Shown in pieces: positions 14,042-26,263 of a stretch of DNA of 64,000 nucleotides (its first letter is position 1; the number at the start of each line of letters is the position of its first letter). The DNA is taken from contig NC_068988.1 in assembly GCF_001194135.2 (NCBI RefSeq), positions 25,554,202-25,618,201 on the forward strand, given 5' to 3'. The position numbers and the translations under genes are program-made. The notes beneath the pieces were generated by a model that saw nothing but the letters and a program-made list of their open reading frames with translations, did not search any database and was not told where the DNA came from. The DNA is from Octopus bimaculoides (taxonomy: Eukaryota).

Positions 14042-14254
14042 ATTTCTACTCGAGGCACAAGACCCAAAATTTTGGAGTAGGGGACCAGTAGATTAGATCA
14101 ATCCCAGGACGCAACTGGTACGTAATTTATCGATCCTGAAAGGATGAACTGCAAAATTGACCTCGACCGAATTTGAACTCAGAACGTAAAGACAGACGAA
14201 ATACCGCTAAGAATTTCGCCTGGCGTGCTAACGTCTCTGCCAGCTCGCCGCCTT
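14042..14254 (-). mobile_element. SINE family A copy, full length
   Basis: gaatttgaactcagaacgtaaagacagacgaaataccgctaag...gtgctaacgtctctgccagctcgccgcctt aligns closely with 44880-44973. Confidence 0.9.
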
Positions 14255-14913
14255 CTATAAATTAAAGTATTGTCAAAATTTATTACATTTTTCAGATTTG
14301 TGTAGAATGTGACAAGACATGTGTGATTTGTGAGCGCGTCTAATAGTGTCTGGCATCGATGCTAGTTGTATAGAATATATCATTCTAGTTTGCGGCAATA
14401 GAAATATATCACAAAGCATACTAGGAAATAATGTGATTACGAATACATTTCTCTGTTTTTAACAAAGAAAATGTTATGGCAAAGAAAAAGTAATTAACTA
14501 GAAAGGATTGCGCTTTTATTGGCCCAAAAAGTTTTTATGGCATTTCTCTAACAACTGATGCAGACACAAAAACTCTGAGATGTTATCAACAATTTACACA
14601 GTTATAACAAATATTAACAATATCTATTTATGTTCCTATACATCATTCTATAATCTTATACTTAAATCAATATCAAATGCTAATGAACATTCAGAAAAAA
14701 AAAACATCCAACTATTTTAATTCTTTATTGTGCATTTCTGTTGTCCATATTGCTGGTAGTGTTGTTGTTGTAAAGTAATCTTATTTGTCTCTGAGTTAAA
14801 ACTCCACCAATGTCAAATTTGGTCTCTATTGCTCTTGAGGCTGTAAAATCATCCTTTCTGAAATAGGGAGAAGGCCTTGCATTTTGGAGAGGGAGTTCTC
14901 TATTTCATGGATC

Positions 14914-14992
14914 CCAGTACTTGCATGTTAATTTCACGCGCATGTTGTTTCGGTTGATAGAATCAACTGGAACACTCGTAGTCGAATCGACA
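14914..14992 (+). mobile_element. 3' fragment of SINE family B
   Basis: cagtacttgcatgttaatttcacg...gttgatagaatcaactggaacactcgtagtcg matches 7843-7915. Confidence 0.7.
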
Positions 14993-15060
14993 AGGGGACC
15001 GGTCATGTATATACATATAGACACGAACAGACATATACACACACAAACCCACGCACACAT

Positions 15061-15085
15061 CTATATCTATATATCTATCTATCTA

Positions 15086-15132
<47 letters not shown>
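15061..15132. repeat. (TATC)/(TC)n compound microsatellite
   Basis: Direct reading. Confidence 0.9.
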
Positions 15133-15135
<3 letters not shown>

Positions 15136-15882
15136 GATATATATATATANNNNNNNNNNNNNNNNNNNNNNNNNNNNNNNNNNNNNNNNNNNNNNNNNNN
15201 NNNNNNNNNNNNNNATAGACGTTGTAGGACATGAAGGCCAAGAAAAGTATAACTAGAGAAATAGGGGACCATAATTTTTCCCTGCTTGTCCTTTTTGTAC
15301 AAAATACCTTCTTACTGTTTATACATCAAGATGATTTTCTATGTTTCACAACCCGTTTTCTCATTAATTGATTTCATACTAATTATTTACATATATTTCA
15401 AATGACTGTGACTTGCTTATTTTTATTTTTTTATTTTGTTTTGAAAAGAAATATGCAAATGGAGTGTGACTCAATATAATAATAATAATAATTATATGAA
15501 TAATGAATAATCTCATACACTTGATACTACATAGCTAGTAACATTTGCTAGCCAGACACTGAAAATACACGTGATGAACAAAAGCAGCAACAAATAATAA
15601 ATTTTCTGTCGTTGATGTGCACATGAATTCAACATTCCTAGAGTCTTCGTTAATTATTGTTGACTTTAAAACCAAATTATGCTTAAATTATCTATGTTTA
15701 AGCGACATTTAATTATTATTCGCTTCATAAATTATGCATAATTTATTCTCTCTATAAGTTTACGAGCTTATTATTAAACATTTCATAAATGTCATAAGTT
15801 TCGAATTTTCTAATCTTCAAATGTTTCTCCAGCTGGCTTCTTCCGGAATAGTCAGGAGATAATTTGCATACTTGTAGGAAAC

Positions 15883-16108
15883 AATGGTTTCAAATTATGG
15901 CACAAGTTCAGCAAATTTAGTCTGGAGAGCTTACCCCATTACAACAACTCCTGTACTTGACTGATACTTTATTTTATCGGCTCTGAAAGAAGTGAAGATT
16001 TAAGTTGTCGTTGGGTGGATTTGAACTCAGAACATAAAGAGCAACGAGAGAAAGAAATGCTGCAATGCATTTCATCTGTTGAAGTAACGACTTTGCCAGC
16101 TGACCACC
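15883..16108 (-). mobile_element. Diverged SINE family A copy
   Basis: aatggtttcaaattatggcacaag tail, gatactttattttatcggctctgaaag core, gatttgaactcagaacataaag, taacgactttgccagct head. Confidence 0.75.
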
Positions 16109-16127
16109 ACATGGTTCAGAAATGAGC

Positions 16128-16370
16128 TTTTTTACATATCTGGCGTAAGACCTGAAATTTTGGTGGGTGCGAGCTACTAGATTACATTGACCCAACTAAA
16201 TCACTGGTACTTATTTCATTCACCCCACACATCCACCACCACCAAAAAAAAATAATAATAAAGAGGAAAGTATGGGTTGCAAACTGAACAGAATTAGAAC
16301 TCTGAACATAAAGATGTACGAAATGCAGATAAGTGTTGTACACGGTGCGCTCACGATGCTGCCAGCTCGT
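16128..16370 (-). mobile_element. Diverged SINE family A copy with a simple-sequence insertion (about 16222-16262)
   Basis: aagacctgaaattttgg tail, attacattgaccc...ctggtacttattt core, gaactctgaacataaagatgtacgaaatg, cgatgctgccagctcg head. Confidence 0.7.
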
Positions 16371-17694
16371 AGACTTAGTGCCACGAATCATAAAATTCTT
16401 AATCAATGGCAATTTTTTCTCCACGCGGCATATTATGATATATTAATTTTTTTTGTTAAGGCCTTAAATGTGTAGGTTTTGTATGCCTTTCAATTCTCTG
16501 TTCCAGTCATGGTCAAACTGCTGCCTGCAGGATTTGCTAAATCAATGGCACGCCTAACGAAAAGTTACCTTGAATTATTTTAATAGTGCGGTCGACTACT
16601 CAAGAACTATGCCTCATGCAGCTCTATTCATTAACAATGTGTAAATTATTCTTTCCTGAATGTCTCCGAGTACTACTGGGTTTTTTTTTACATTATTAAA
16701 GTAATTATTAAATAATAGGTATAAAAACTATTTCGTTAATACCATGATTTTATGTTCAAAATCTGCTAAGTAAAATGTAGTCGATACAATCATGAAAAGT
16801 CAATGGACTGTCGAGATCATGATTGCTGATGAATTCAATTTTGACTACTACTGTTATTTATCAGAAAAGATGTTGACGTGTTTGCATCTGGTCACTTCAT
16901 TTATTTTGTAGCTAATACTACCTCGTTCGTTATTTTTTTTTACAATCAGAAATGTATTGTACATACATTTTTTTAAAAATGCGATTTTTTACAATCAGAA
17001 AGGTATTGTACAATTTACACTTCCTCTTATAAACAATCGAATGTGCTTTGAAAAGCATTTAGTTGTTATTTATAGAATTTTTGGATGACCTACTTAACCT
17101 GACAACCTTTTCTCACTGGAGCGGCATTGTAATTTGTGAACATACATTTAAAAAAAAAAATTTAGTTTTTATTTTTGATTGAGTAACAATGATCGTATCG
17201 GACATTTTTTTTCCCCTGAAGATCTCTAAATAATGAGCTCACGTTTGGTGAGGAATGTTCGGTTTCTCTGAGACAAAATTCAAGCAATAATATCCAGCTT
17301 AAAGTAAATGTAATTGCTGACCATTAATGCACTTATTGATTTTATAAAAACTCTCTGCAGCACAGTCAGTGTAAACCGATGTCAAATAACATAGTAACGT
17401 AGAATTTACTAAGAAAGTATCTTTTTTACAAATAAGTAATAACGCTTACACACAAACACATACACACACATACACGCGCGCACAGAACAGACATAAGCAC
17501 ACGTGCAACACAACTAGTAATACACAACACATAGAAACACACAAGAATATATAAATGCGAGTAGGTGTATAATCTTTCGTCGATTTAGTTGAAAACTTCA
17601 AAATACATCACAGTTTGTCTAAGTATATAAAATATATGACTAAAGGCACATAGAACACATTCACACACACATACTCGTCTGTATATATTTACAG

Positions 17695-17733
<39 letters not shown>

Positions 17734-18957
17734 ATNNNNNNNNNNNNNNNNNNNNNNNNNNNNNNNNNNNNNNNNNNNNNNNNNNNNNNNNNNNNNNNNN
17801 NNNNNNNNNNNNNNNNNNNNNNNNNNNNNNNNNNNNNNNNNNNNNNNNNNNNNNNNNNNNNNNNNNNNNNNNNNNNNNNNNNNNNNNNNNNNNNNNNNNN
17901 NNNNNNNNNNNNNNNNNNNNNNNNNNNNNNNNNNNNNNNNNNNNNNNNNNNNNNNNNNATATATACACATTATATATATATATATATATACATTATATAT
18001 ATATATGTATGTATATGTATGCATGTATGCATGTATGTATGTGTATGTATTTTCTTATGTACGTGAGTATGTGCAATGTCTTCTTTTTTCTTTTTTTTTC
18101 TTAAGACACAGAAATCAGCATGTGTGTGAAATCAATAAGAGGAGTATGTAAGCTTAAGAACTTGACAGATTACTTACTGCTAGGGAGATTTAAGCAGAGA
18201 AAATAAAGCGGATTATAACGAACGTTATTCTTCATATTGTTAGGATAAAGCAAACTTGCTATCCGGGAAGGAGACTGCCTCCAGACTTTTTAGGTTTTAT
18301 TATTTTTTTTCAAGCAAAAATTATTAGAAACTCGAACAAGTTTATAAAACACATTAGCACATATGTTATCTATAAAGGAAACAAAAATGTCGTCACTACA
18401 AGTTTGCTTACAGATATAAAAAAATTATAAAATATATTTTCTATATAGTAGGGTATATGTACATCCTCTTACATTCCTGAAAGCAAATCTTTATATATTG
18501 ATAATGGCAAGAATTTTATAAATTCTTTTATTTTAGTATGCCATCTTATATTCGAGACACAATTATTCGTCAGAATAATTACATCCTTCTATTTTTTTCA
18601 ACATTGTCGCTGAGATGTAATAGAATATTCGCGTCTCTGTGTGTGTATATATATACATATATGTGTGTCTGTGTTTATATGAAAGTAAATATATATGCAT
18701 ATAAATCAATGTGTNNNNNNNNNNNNNNNNNNNNNNNNNNNNNNNNNNNNNNNNNNNNNNNNNNNNNNNNNNNNNNNNNNNNNNNNNNNNNNNNNNNNNN
18801 NNNNNNNNNNNNNNNNNNNNNNNNNNNNNNNNNNNNNNNNNNNNNNNNNNNNNNNNNNNNNNNNNNNNNNNNNNNNATATATATATATATATATACACGC
18901 ATATATCTTTACATTTATATGTATATATATGTAAATATATATATATTTATATATATG

Positions 18958-18991
<34 letters not shown>

Positions 18992-20278
18992 AAATCCACA
19001 CACACATACACATACATATATATATATATATATGTTATATACATATGTACATGTATCTATATACATATAGAAATACATATGACACACAACACACAGAGAG
19101 GCCTGCATATGCGTTTGCCCCACTCCCTTGATTAATGTACGCATTTTCATTGTCGTTATGACGATTAACAGCATCATAATGTATATTACAATTTACTTAA
19201 AATTTCTAGTATGTTTAAAGTTCAAGCTTAACTTATTCTCATTCTGAATTTAAATTACTACTTGTACCATATATAACAAATATAGATTAGGCAATTTTAA
19301 ATATCTGACAATAGTATGTGCATAATCATACACATATATAGATTCACAGATACATGTCTGTATATATATATACATACACATATATATATATACATATATG
19401 TTTGGCAGTTACTTCACTGGCAATGAAACAAATCCATGTGTGCTGATGTTTTGGGATAATTTTATGTTTTCCTAATTACTCATTGCACTATCAAATATGC
19501 CAATATTACTGCTGCAAATTTGGGCGGAAATGTCTCAGTATGTTTGCACTCGAAGTAACCTATATATCATTGGGAACTATGACATGTACGATTCACTATG
19601 GAATTCTTACTTTTTTAAAGTTTTTTGTTTTTCACGATTTTTTAGGCAAATAAACTGGGTTTTTTTTTAAGCTTTGCTGCGTAGGATATATGTACTGTTT
19701 TCTCCGATTATATGTCAGTTGTTAAGGAGTAATGAACTGTTGTATGGTTCATTAATTATCTGCTTCCATAAACACAGTGTCAATGGTTCGGGGTAACTGG
19801 GATATACTTTGCTTAAGTGCTACCCACATTTATCACGCTGATTGCTTATGCATATATTGTCAGTAAAATGTGCTAAGTTATATATTTTATGGTGCATTAA
19901 GTGGTGAAGCAAAATATCAAGGTTATAAAACCTAATTTAATTTTGGTACCAGATACTTGTTGTATATATATATATTTATAAATGTATGACAAATAATGCG
20001 TTTAACGAAAGGAGTTCCTTTCGAGAAAGAAATCTTTCACATTAAACTAGGTATTCTTTTCTATTATCTCACCGTTGCTGATATGTAGTGAACCTGTAAT
20101 TATTGCTTCCTTTAAAGCATGTAAGGCATGGAGATACTGCTTACATATTATGATATAAAATATATGCATCAAGTGTCTTTAAATACTGTTTTTGCTTTTG
20201 TAAAAATGTGTCACAAAAACGTTCCTCTAGTTTTTGGCCAAAGGAATAAACCAGATAATATGAATAACAATATATGTA

Positions 20279-20597
20279 ATCGTGAAGTATATTTGCCACC
20301 TAAATGTGACTGACCGTTAAGGGCCGATGCTACTGTTGCTTGTAGCCCCAGGACTACATCTCCTCCAGCTGACTATTGAAACACTATGACCTATCAGTGT
20401 TTGCAAAGGGAAATCATCGTTCCCATCTCCATCTCCAGCCTGGAGATGGGAACGATGACTTCCCTTTGCAAACACTGATAGTGCACTGATAGTATGAGAA
20501 TAGCCAGTTGGAGGAGATTTATCCCTGGGGCTACAAGCAACAGTAGCATCAACCCTTAAGGGTCAGCCACAGTTAGGTGGCAAATATACTTCACGAT
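20279..20597. repeat. 319-bp fold-back inverted repeat (about 155-bp arms, about 85-88% identical by eye, essentially no spacer)
   Basis: Left end atcgtgaagtatatttgccacctaa is the exact reverse complement of right end ttaggtggcaaatatacttcacgat; complementarity continues through gatgctactgttgcttgtagccccagg / cctggggctacaagcaacagtagcatc to the centre atctccag-c-ctggagat. Confidence 0.95.
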
Positions 20598-21691
20598 GTT
20601 GTGCGTCTACTGTTTATACTTCGCTCAGAGATTAATGTCTGTAATGTTTTGCGCAAATAAAATCTTTTACAGTTTAACTGATTTAGAAGGCAAAAAGTTG
20701 AATAATAAAACATTATCAACAACCACAAAAAAAAACTCTCAATTTTTTTATAAGTCTTCTCGTATATATTTTCAAATATTACTCTCCATTTGACAGCATT
20801 TACAGAAAAATATCACTGTGATGTTTTCACGTATTTGCTTAATTAATTTAAGATAACATTTCTTCAATAAAAAAAAAAAGAAATATGCTGTGCAGGTAAG
20901 AGTACACATAATTTGTGTATAAGAGTATAGTCAACAGAAAATAAATATAAATACAAGCATTGATTAGAACTCTACTTCAGATATTTGTAGTTGAGCTTTG
21001 GGTCCATGATAGAGTGTCCGATTCCTTGACTCAGCAGAGTTATGTGTCCGTAAGGAACGCACTATGCTTTATAACACTCCTGTCTATTCGCTAAAAATTT
21101 ATACCAGCTAAATGCTGCGGTAACCCCTGTTCCTCCGACTGACACATCCGAAACAAGTGTGGCAAAACCTTACAGAATGTTTAACGTCTGTTTGCGTCTT
21201 TAGGAGCTTGACATATGACACATGACACATGCTTGTGTGTGAACTGTAGACTCGACAACATCGGGTAAAAATATATAATTATTCCAGTTACCAAATATAG
21301 GTACTTCAACAATTGATACGCATTTATGTTATACGTAACTATGATAAAGAAGCATATTCATTCGTGGTATGATTGTAAACAAGTATTGAAAGGGCGAAAA
21401 TCACAGAGGGAGAGATATATAATACCTGTTCGTCTGAGATAATATAATTATGTGTATAGTCTAAATAAATAATAGCATTCTGAATATCAAAATAGCTGTA
21501 GATAAATCAGATTAAATAGAAAAGACATTTATATGAGTGAGCCGGAGAATGAAGGCCTCTTTCACATGAATCAAATGTTTTCTTTCTCTTTTTCGATACT
21601 CAATATAAGTGTGTCGTGTCTGAAATATGCCACAAGTAGTTGAAATGTCCTGGTTGAAAGTAGGATTGAAATTTGTATGAACTAAAAGTAT

Positions 21692-21692
<1 letters not shown>

Positions 21693-21749
<57 letters not shown>

Positions 21750-21995
21750 TCTTGTTGTTCTTTTGATTGCTGCTGCTGTTGTTGTTGATGATGTGTTATT
21801 GTTCACGTAGCTCTAATATAAGTAGCAGCCACAGCAGACAACTCGGGAAGAGTCGAAGCAGCAGCCATAGCTGACATTGTCGTAGCACCGAGGGCAAAAG
21901 TAGTAGAGTGATAGTAGTTGTTGTTCTTATTGTTATTGTTGCTGTTATTGTTGTTGTTATTGTTATTGTTGTTGTTGTCGTTGTCGTTATTGTTG
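21693..21995. repeat. (TAG)n run followed by degenerate (GTT/GCT/ATT)n trinucleotide tract
   Basis: Direct reading. Confidence 0.9.
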
Positions 21996-22356
21996 ATCTC
22001 GATTTTACTGTGGTTCTTTAGCAGTCTGAGTCAACAACACTAAACAAGCGCATTCCAGCGTGACAATCCCACTGTCATCAAATGTTTCTGGAACAGTTCA
22101 TCTCTCTCACTATTCCCCGCAGCAACGCTTTTACTGGTGTCATGAGAAATGTTTCTATATTGTAAGAGGCAAGAATTCTCCGTTAATCCATCATGTAGAC
22201 TACAAGCTTTTATGATATCTATTTAGCATTTTAATGCTTGCTCTATTAAATATGTTAACACTAATTCAGTCATTGTCAGATATATGTGTTACCCGATCAG
22301 CTTTAAATGTTTATTTGTTGAGTTGGCATGCATGTACACTTATGTACACTCACAAT

Positions 22357-22786
22357 TACTCTTTTACTCTTTACTCTTTTACTTGTTTCAGTCTCTTGAC
22401 TGGAGCACCGCATTTAGTCGAGCAAATCGACCCGAGGACTTATTCTTTACAAGCCTAGTACTTATTCTATCGGTCTCTTTTGCCGAACCGCTAGTTAACG
22501 GGGACATAAACACACCAACATCGGTTGTCAAGCGATGTTGGGGGGGGGGGTAACAAACACAGACACACAAACACATACACACAAACACATACACAAATAC
22601 ACACATATATAAACACATATACGACGGGCTTCTTTCAGTTTCCGTCTACCAAATCCACTCACAAGGCTTTGGTCGGCCCGAGGTTATAGTTGAAGACACT
22701 TGCCTAAGGTGCCAGGCAGTGGGACTGAACCCGGGACCATGTGGTTGGTAAGCAAGCTACTTACCACACAGCTACTCCTGCGCCTT
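22357..22786 (-). mobile_element. Full-length tRNA-derived SINE family C with internal (TG/TA) microsatellite
   Basis: Minus strand: ggcgcaggagtagctgtgtggtaagtagcttgcttaccaaccacatggtcccgggttcagtccc (A/B-box-like), caccttaggcaagtgtctt, internal simple repeat, gatagaataagtactaggcttgtaaagaataagtcctcgggtcgatttgctcgactaa, (agtaaaag) tail; aligns with 61626-62106. Confidence 0.92.
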
Positions 22787-24214
22787 ATTTATTAGTCTAA
22801 ATTCCCTGGACATCATTTTGAAATTTTCCCTTCTCCAATGAAAAGGTTTCAATAGGGTGGGTTGTTTTCCCAGTTTTTCTCTTCAGGCAACAAAGAATTT
22901 CTGTCGTTGACTATAAATTATCTAAAACGTTCGTAAAAAAAGTTAGTTACAACTAGATCAATAACTAAATTATTTCAAACTATATGTCACAGATTATTAA
23001 GTAAGGTCTTACGAGAAATATCCTAGAGTGTATCTAGCCAATGCAATCTTTAAAGTAAAACGAAGGCTACAATTAACAAACGGGATATATTTATGCCATA
23101 AAATTTGCCACAAAAGCTCTGAAGTATGCATTTCAAAAACTGCAGTATATTGCAGTATATTACAAAATTTTTGATTAGTCAAGCAAAATCGAAGCCAAGG
23201 AAATGCGTCAGGAAATTGACAGCTGTGAGGAACATGTCAGAACTGTTGACTATCAAAATATTCTGTCAAAAATTATAAAATATTATGGAAAATTTTTTAA
23301 AGTGTGCCTTTTAATTTTTCGTATTTCTCTTGTTTATACAAAATGTCTCTACTTTGTGTTTGTGTGTGTGTGTATGCGTATGCGTATGTGTGCACATATA
23401 TTCATATATATATATATATATTCATGTACGTACATATACATACATATATCCATGCACGTACATATACATGCATATATTCATATGCGTGCGTATACATGCA
23501 TATTTACATACACAGATACACATACACACATATGTGTATACATACACACATGTGTGCTTGAGTGTTTGTGTGTGAGAAAGTTGTGTCAAGCTGTCTACAT
23601 AACTCAATATCGTTAGCCCTGTTTCTCGTCTCCTATTTCTCTATGCATATAAGTGTTTATTTGGGTATATTTAAAGTTGTTAATTCGCAGAATGCACGGT
23701 TGTCACTAACAATTTCGCAAAACATTTTTGTATAAGTCAAGGTAGCTTTGTTTAAGTCAAGTTAGCTTGACTTGTCTGGATTAGTTGATATATACATGCA
23801 TGCGCTTGCAAGTAAAAAAAAAAACCTGTGCTCGTAGGTGCGCGTGTAATGATAGAACACGCGTCTATGAATAGAACACACCTGATATGCAATTATGTGA
23901 AAATATAGTTTCATTAGATGGAGGAGTCTTCAAGTTCGATATCTCAAAATTTCATTTTTTTTTTTTTTGTCACTAGGTTGACACATAGGACCAGTGTACA
24001 AAATAGTCGCGTCGATGTCAAGTTATTTATACCATCTATCACTGATGATAGGAGAGATAAACAGACAATCGATATCTATATTCTGTGCCTCGTTGACTTC
24101 GTTCGCTGAGCCTCAGTCTTCTCCTGCCATTTGACTGCTCCTCAGGCTCTAAGTCATGTGTTTCCTATATGTATGCATGTATGCATGTATGCATGTTTGT
24201 ATTTATATATGTAA

Positions 24215-24245
<31 letters not shown>

Positions 24246-24409
24246 CATGCATGTATGCATGTATCCATCTTTCCATGTATGCAATCATGCTTGCATGTAT
24301 GTCTGTACGCATGTAGGTAGGTAGGTAAGTAGGTAAGTAGATATGTTTGCACAATATATATAAACACATACATAGATTAATAGACGTTGGATGACTATGT
24401 GTGCGAGCT

Positions 24410-24462
24410 GTTCCCCGTCATGGCCGCAGTCTAATGACTGAAACTGATAAAAGATAAAGATG
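24410..24462 (+). mobile_element. Short 3'-terminal fragment related to SINE family C
   Basis: catggccgcagtctaatgactgaaactgataaaagataaag resembles cgtggccacagtcaaatgactgaaacaagtaaaaaag at 62060-62096. Confidence 0.55.
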
Positions 24463-24508
24463 TCAGTATGCTTGTGCATGCGTTTATCTTTATATGTATA
24501 TCGATAAT

Positions 24509-24558
<50 letters not shown>

Positions 24559-25386
24559 TATATGAGAGTCTCAACTGTTAATACATACGCCACATACACA
24601 AACACATACAAGCACACACATACAAACACACAACAACACAGATACATACATATACACAACACAGAGATAAACACGCTCATATACAGGTAAAGCATCTACA
24701 CGCCTACTTACTAGTTTGTGAGATTACTGAACACGTGATAAAATTAGAGCACATTAGACAGAAATAGCAATCTAGAAAATCAAAGTAATATAATTATGCC
24801 ACAAACATTCATCAGAAAAGCGACAAGATTGCAAAATCCATTACCGATATTTTTATCTGCTCAAACTGGTTTTCCGGACTAAGAAGAAAAACAGTCTACA
24901 TCTTGACGAAATATCGATGATTTAATGTGGATCGAAGGCACTTTGTTATAGAGATTTAACATTTGCACAGCGCAATCAGAGAGATAATGGTAAGACGAAC
25001 TTTCAAAGTATTATATTTTAAACGGAAATCTAAGGCTGCCTAAAGAACCCATACAATGCCTGTCTTTTTATAGTTAATCTATAAAGAGAGGTTAAAGTAT
25101 TTCAGTTTACTTGCCAATGTTAAAGGCCGAACCGAAGAGAATCTCCAAAATTTTGTTTACTTCCTCGAGAGAAAATTTCTTAGTTTTCGTGTCTCTCTTA
25201 TATTCACAGTGTAGATGCGATTTTCCCTTTCGTTATTTTTTTTTTCTATTTCTCTTTCTACATACGCTCGTTTACGTATCTATGAATGTATGTACGAATA
25301 CATATACACACGCTCCTACAAACACACACACATACTCACACAAACACACACAGACACACACACGCTCATATATATGTATATGCATA

Positions 25387-25423
<37 letters not shown>

Positions 25424-26197
25424 NNNNNNNNNNNNNNNNNNNNNNNNNNNNNNNNNNNNNNNNNNNNNNNNNNNNNNNNNNNNNNNNNNNNNNNNNNNNN
25501 NNNNNNNNNNNNNNNNNNNNNNNNNNNNNNNNNNNNNNNNNNNNNNNNNNNNNNNNNNNNNNNNNNNNNNNNNNNNNNNNNNNNNNNNNNNNNNNNNNNN
25601 NNNNNNNNNNNNNNNNNNNNNNNNNNNNNNNNNNNNNNNNNNNNNNNNNNNNNNNNNNNNNNNNNNNNNNNNNNNNNNNNNNNNNNNNNNNNNNNNNNNN
25701 NNNNNNNNNNNNNNNNNNNNNNNNNNNNNNNNNNNNNNNNNNNNNNNNNNNNNNNNNNNNNNNNNNNNNNNNNNNNNNNNNNNNNNNNNNNNNNNNNNNN
25801 NNNNNNNNNNNNNNNNNNNNNNNNNNNNNNNNNNNNNNNNNNNNNNNNNNNNNNNNNNNNNNNNNNNNNNNNNNNNNNNNNNNNNNNNNNNNNNNNNNNN
25901 NNNNNNNNNNNNNNNNNNNNNNNNNNNNNNNNNNNNNNNNNNNNNNNNNNNNNNNNNNNNNNNNNNNNNNNNNNNNNNNNNNNNNNNNNNNNNNNNNNNN
26001 NNNNNNNNNNNNNNNNNNNNNNNNNNNNNNNNNNNNNNNNNNNNNNNNNNNNNNNNNNNNNNNNNNNNNNNNNNNNNNNNNNNNNNNNNNNNNNNNNNNN
26101 NNNCATATATAGTGTGTGTAAATATATATTCCGTGAATGTGAGATTGAGTGTGTTTATGTTTGTGCATGTATGCATATATGCATACATGTATGTAAG

Positions 26198-26263
<66 letters not shown>

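Noticed and set aside
14298-14345. ICVECDKTCVICERV peptide after a tttttcag acceptor (CxxC-CxxC look)
   Set aside because: Driven by TG-rich sequence; stops after 15 codons; no neighbouring Cys-rich exons.
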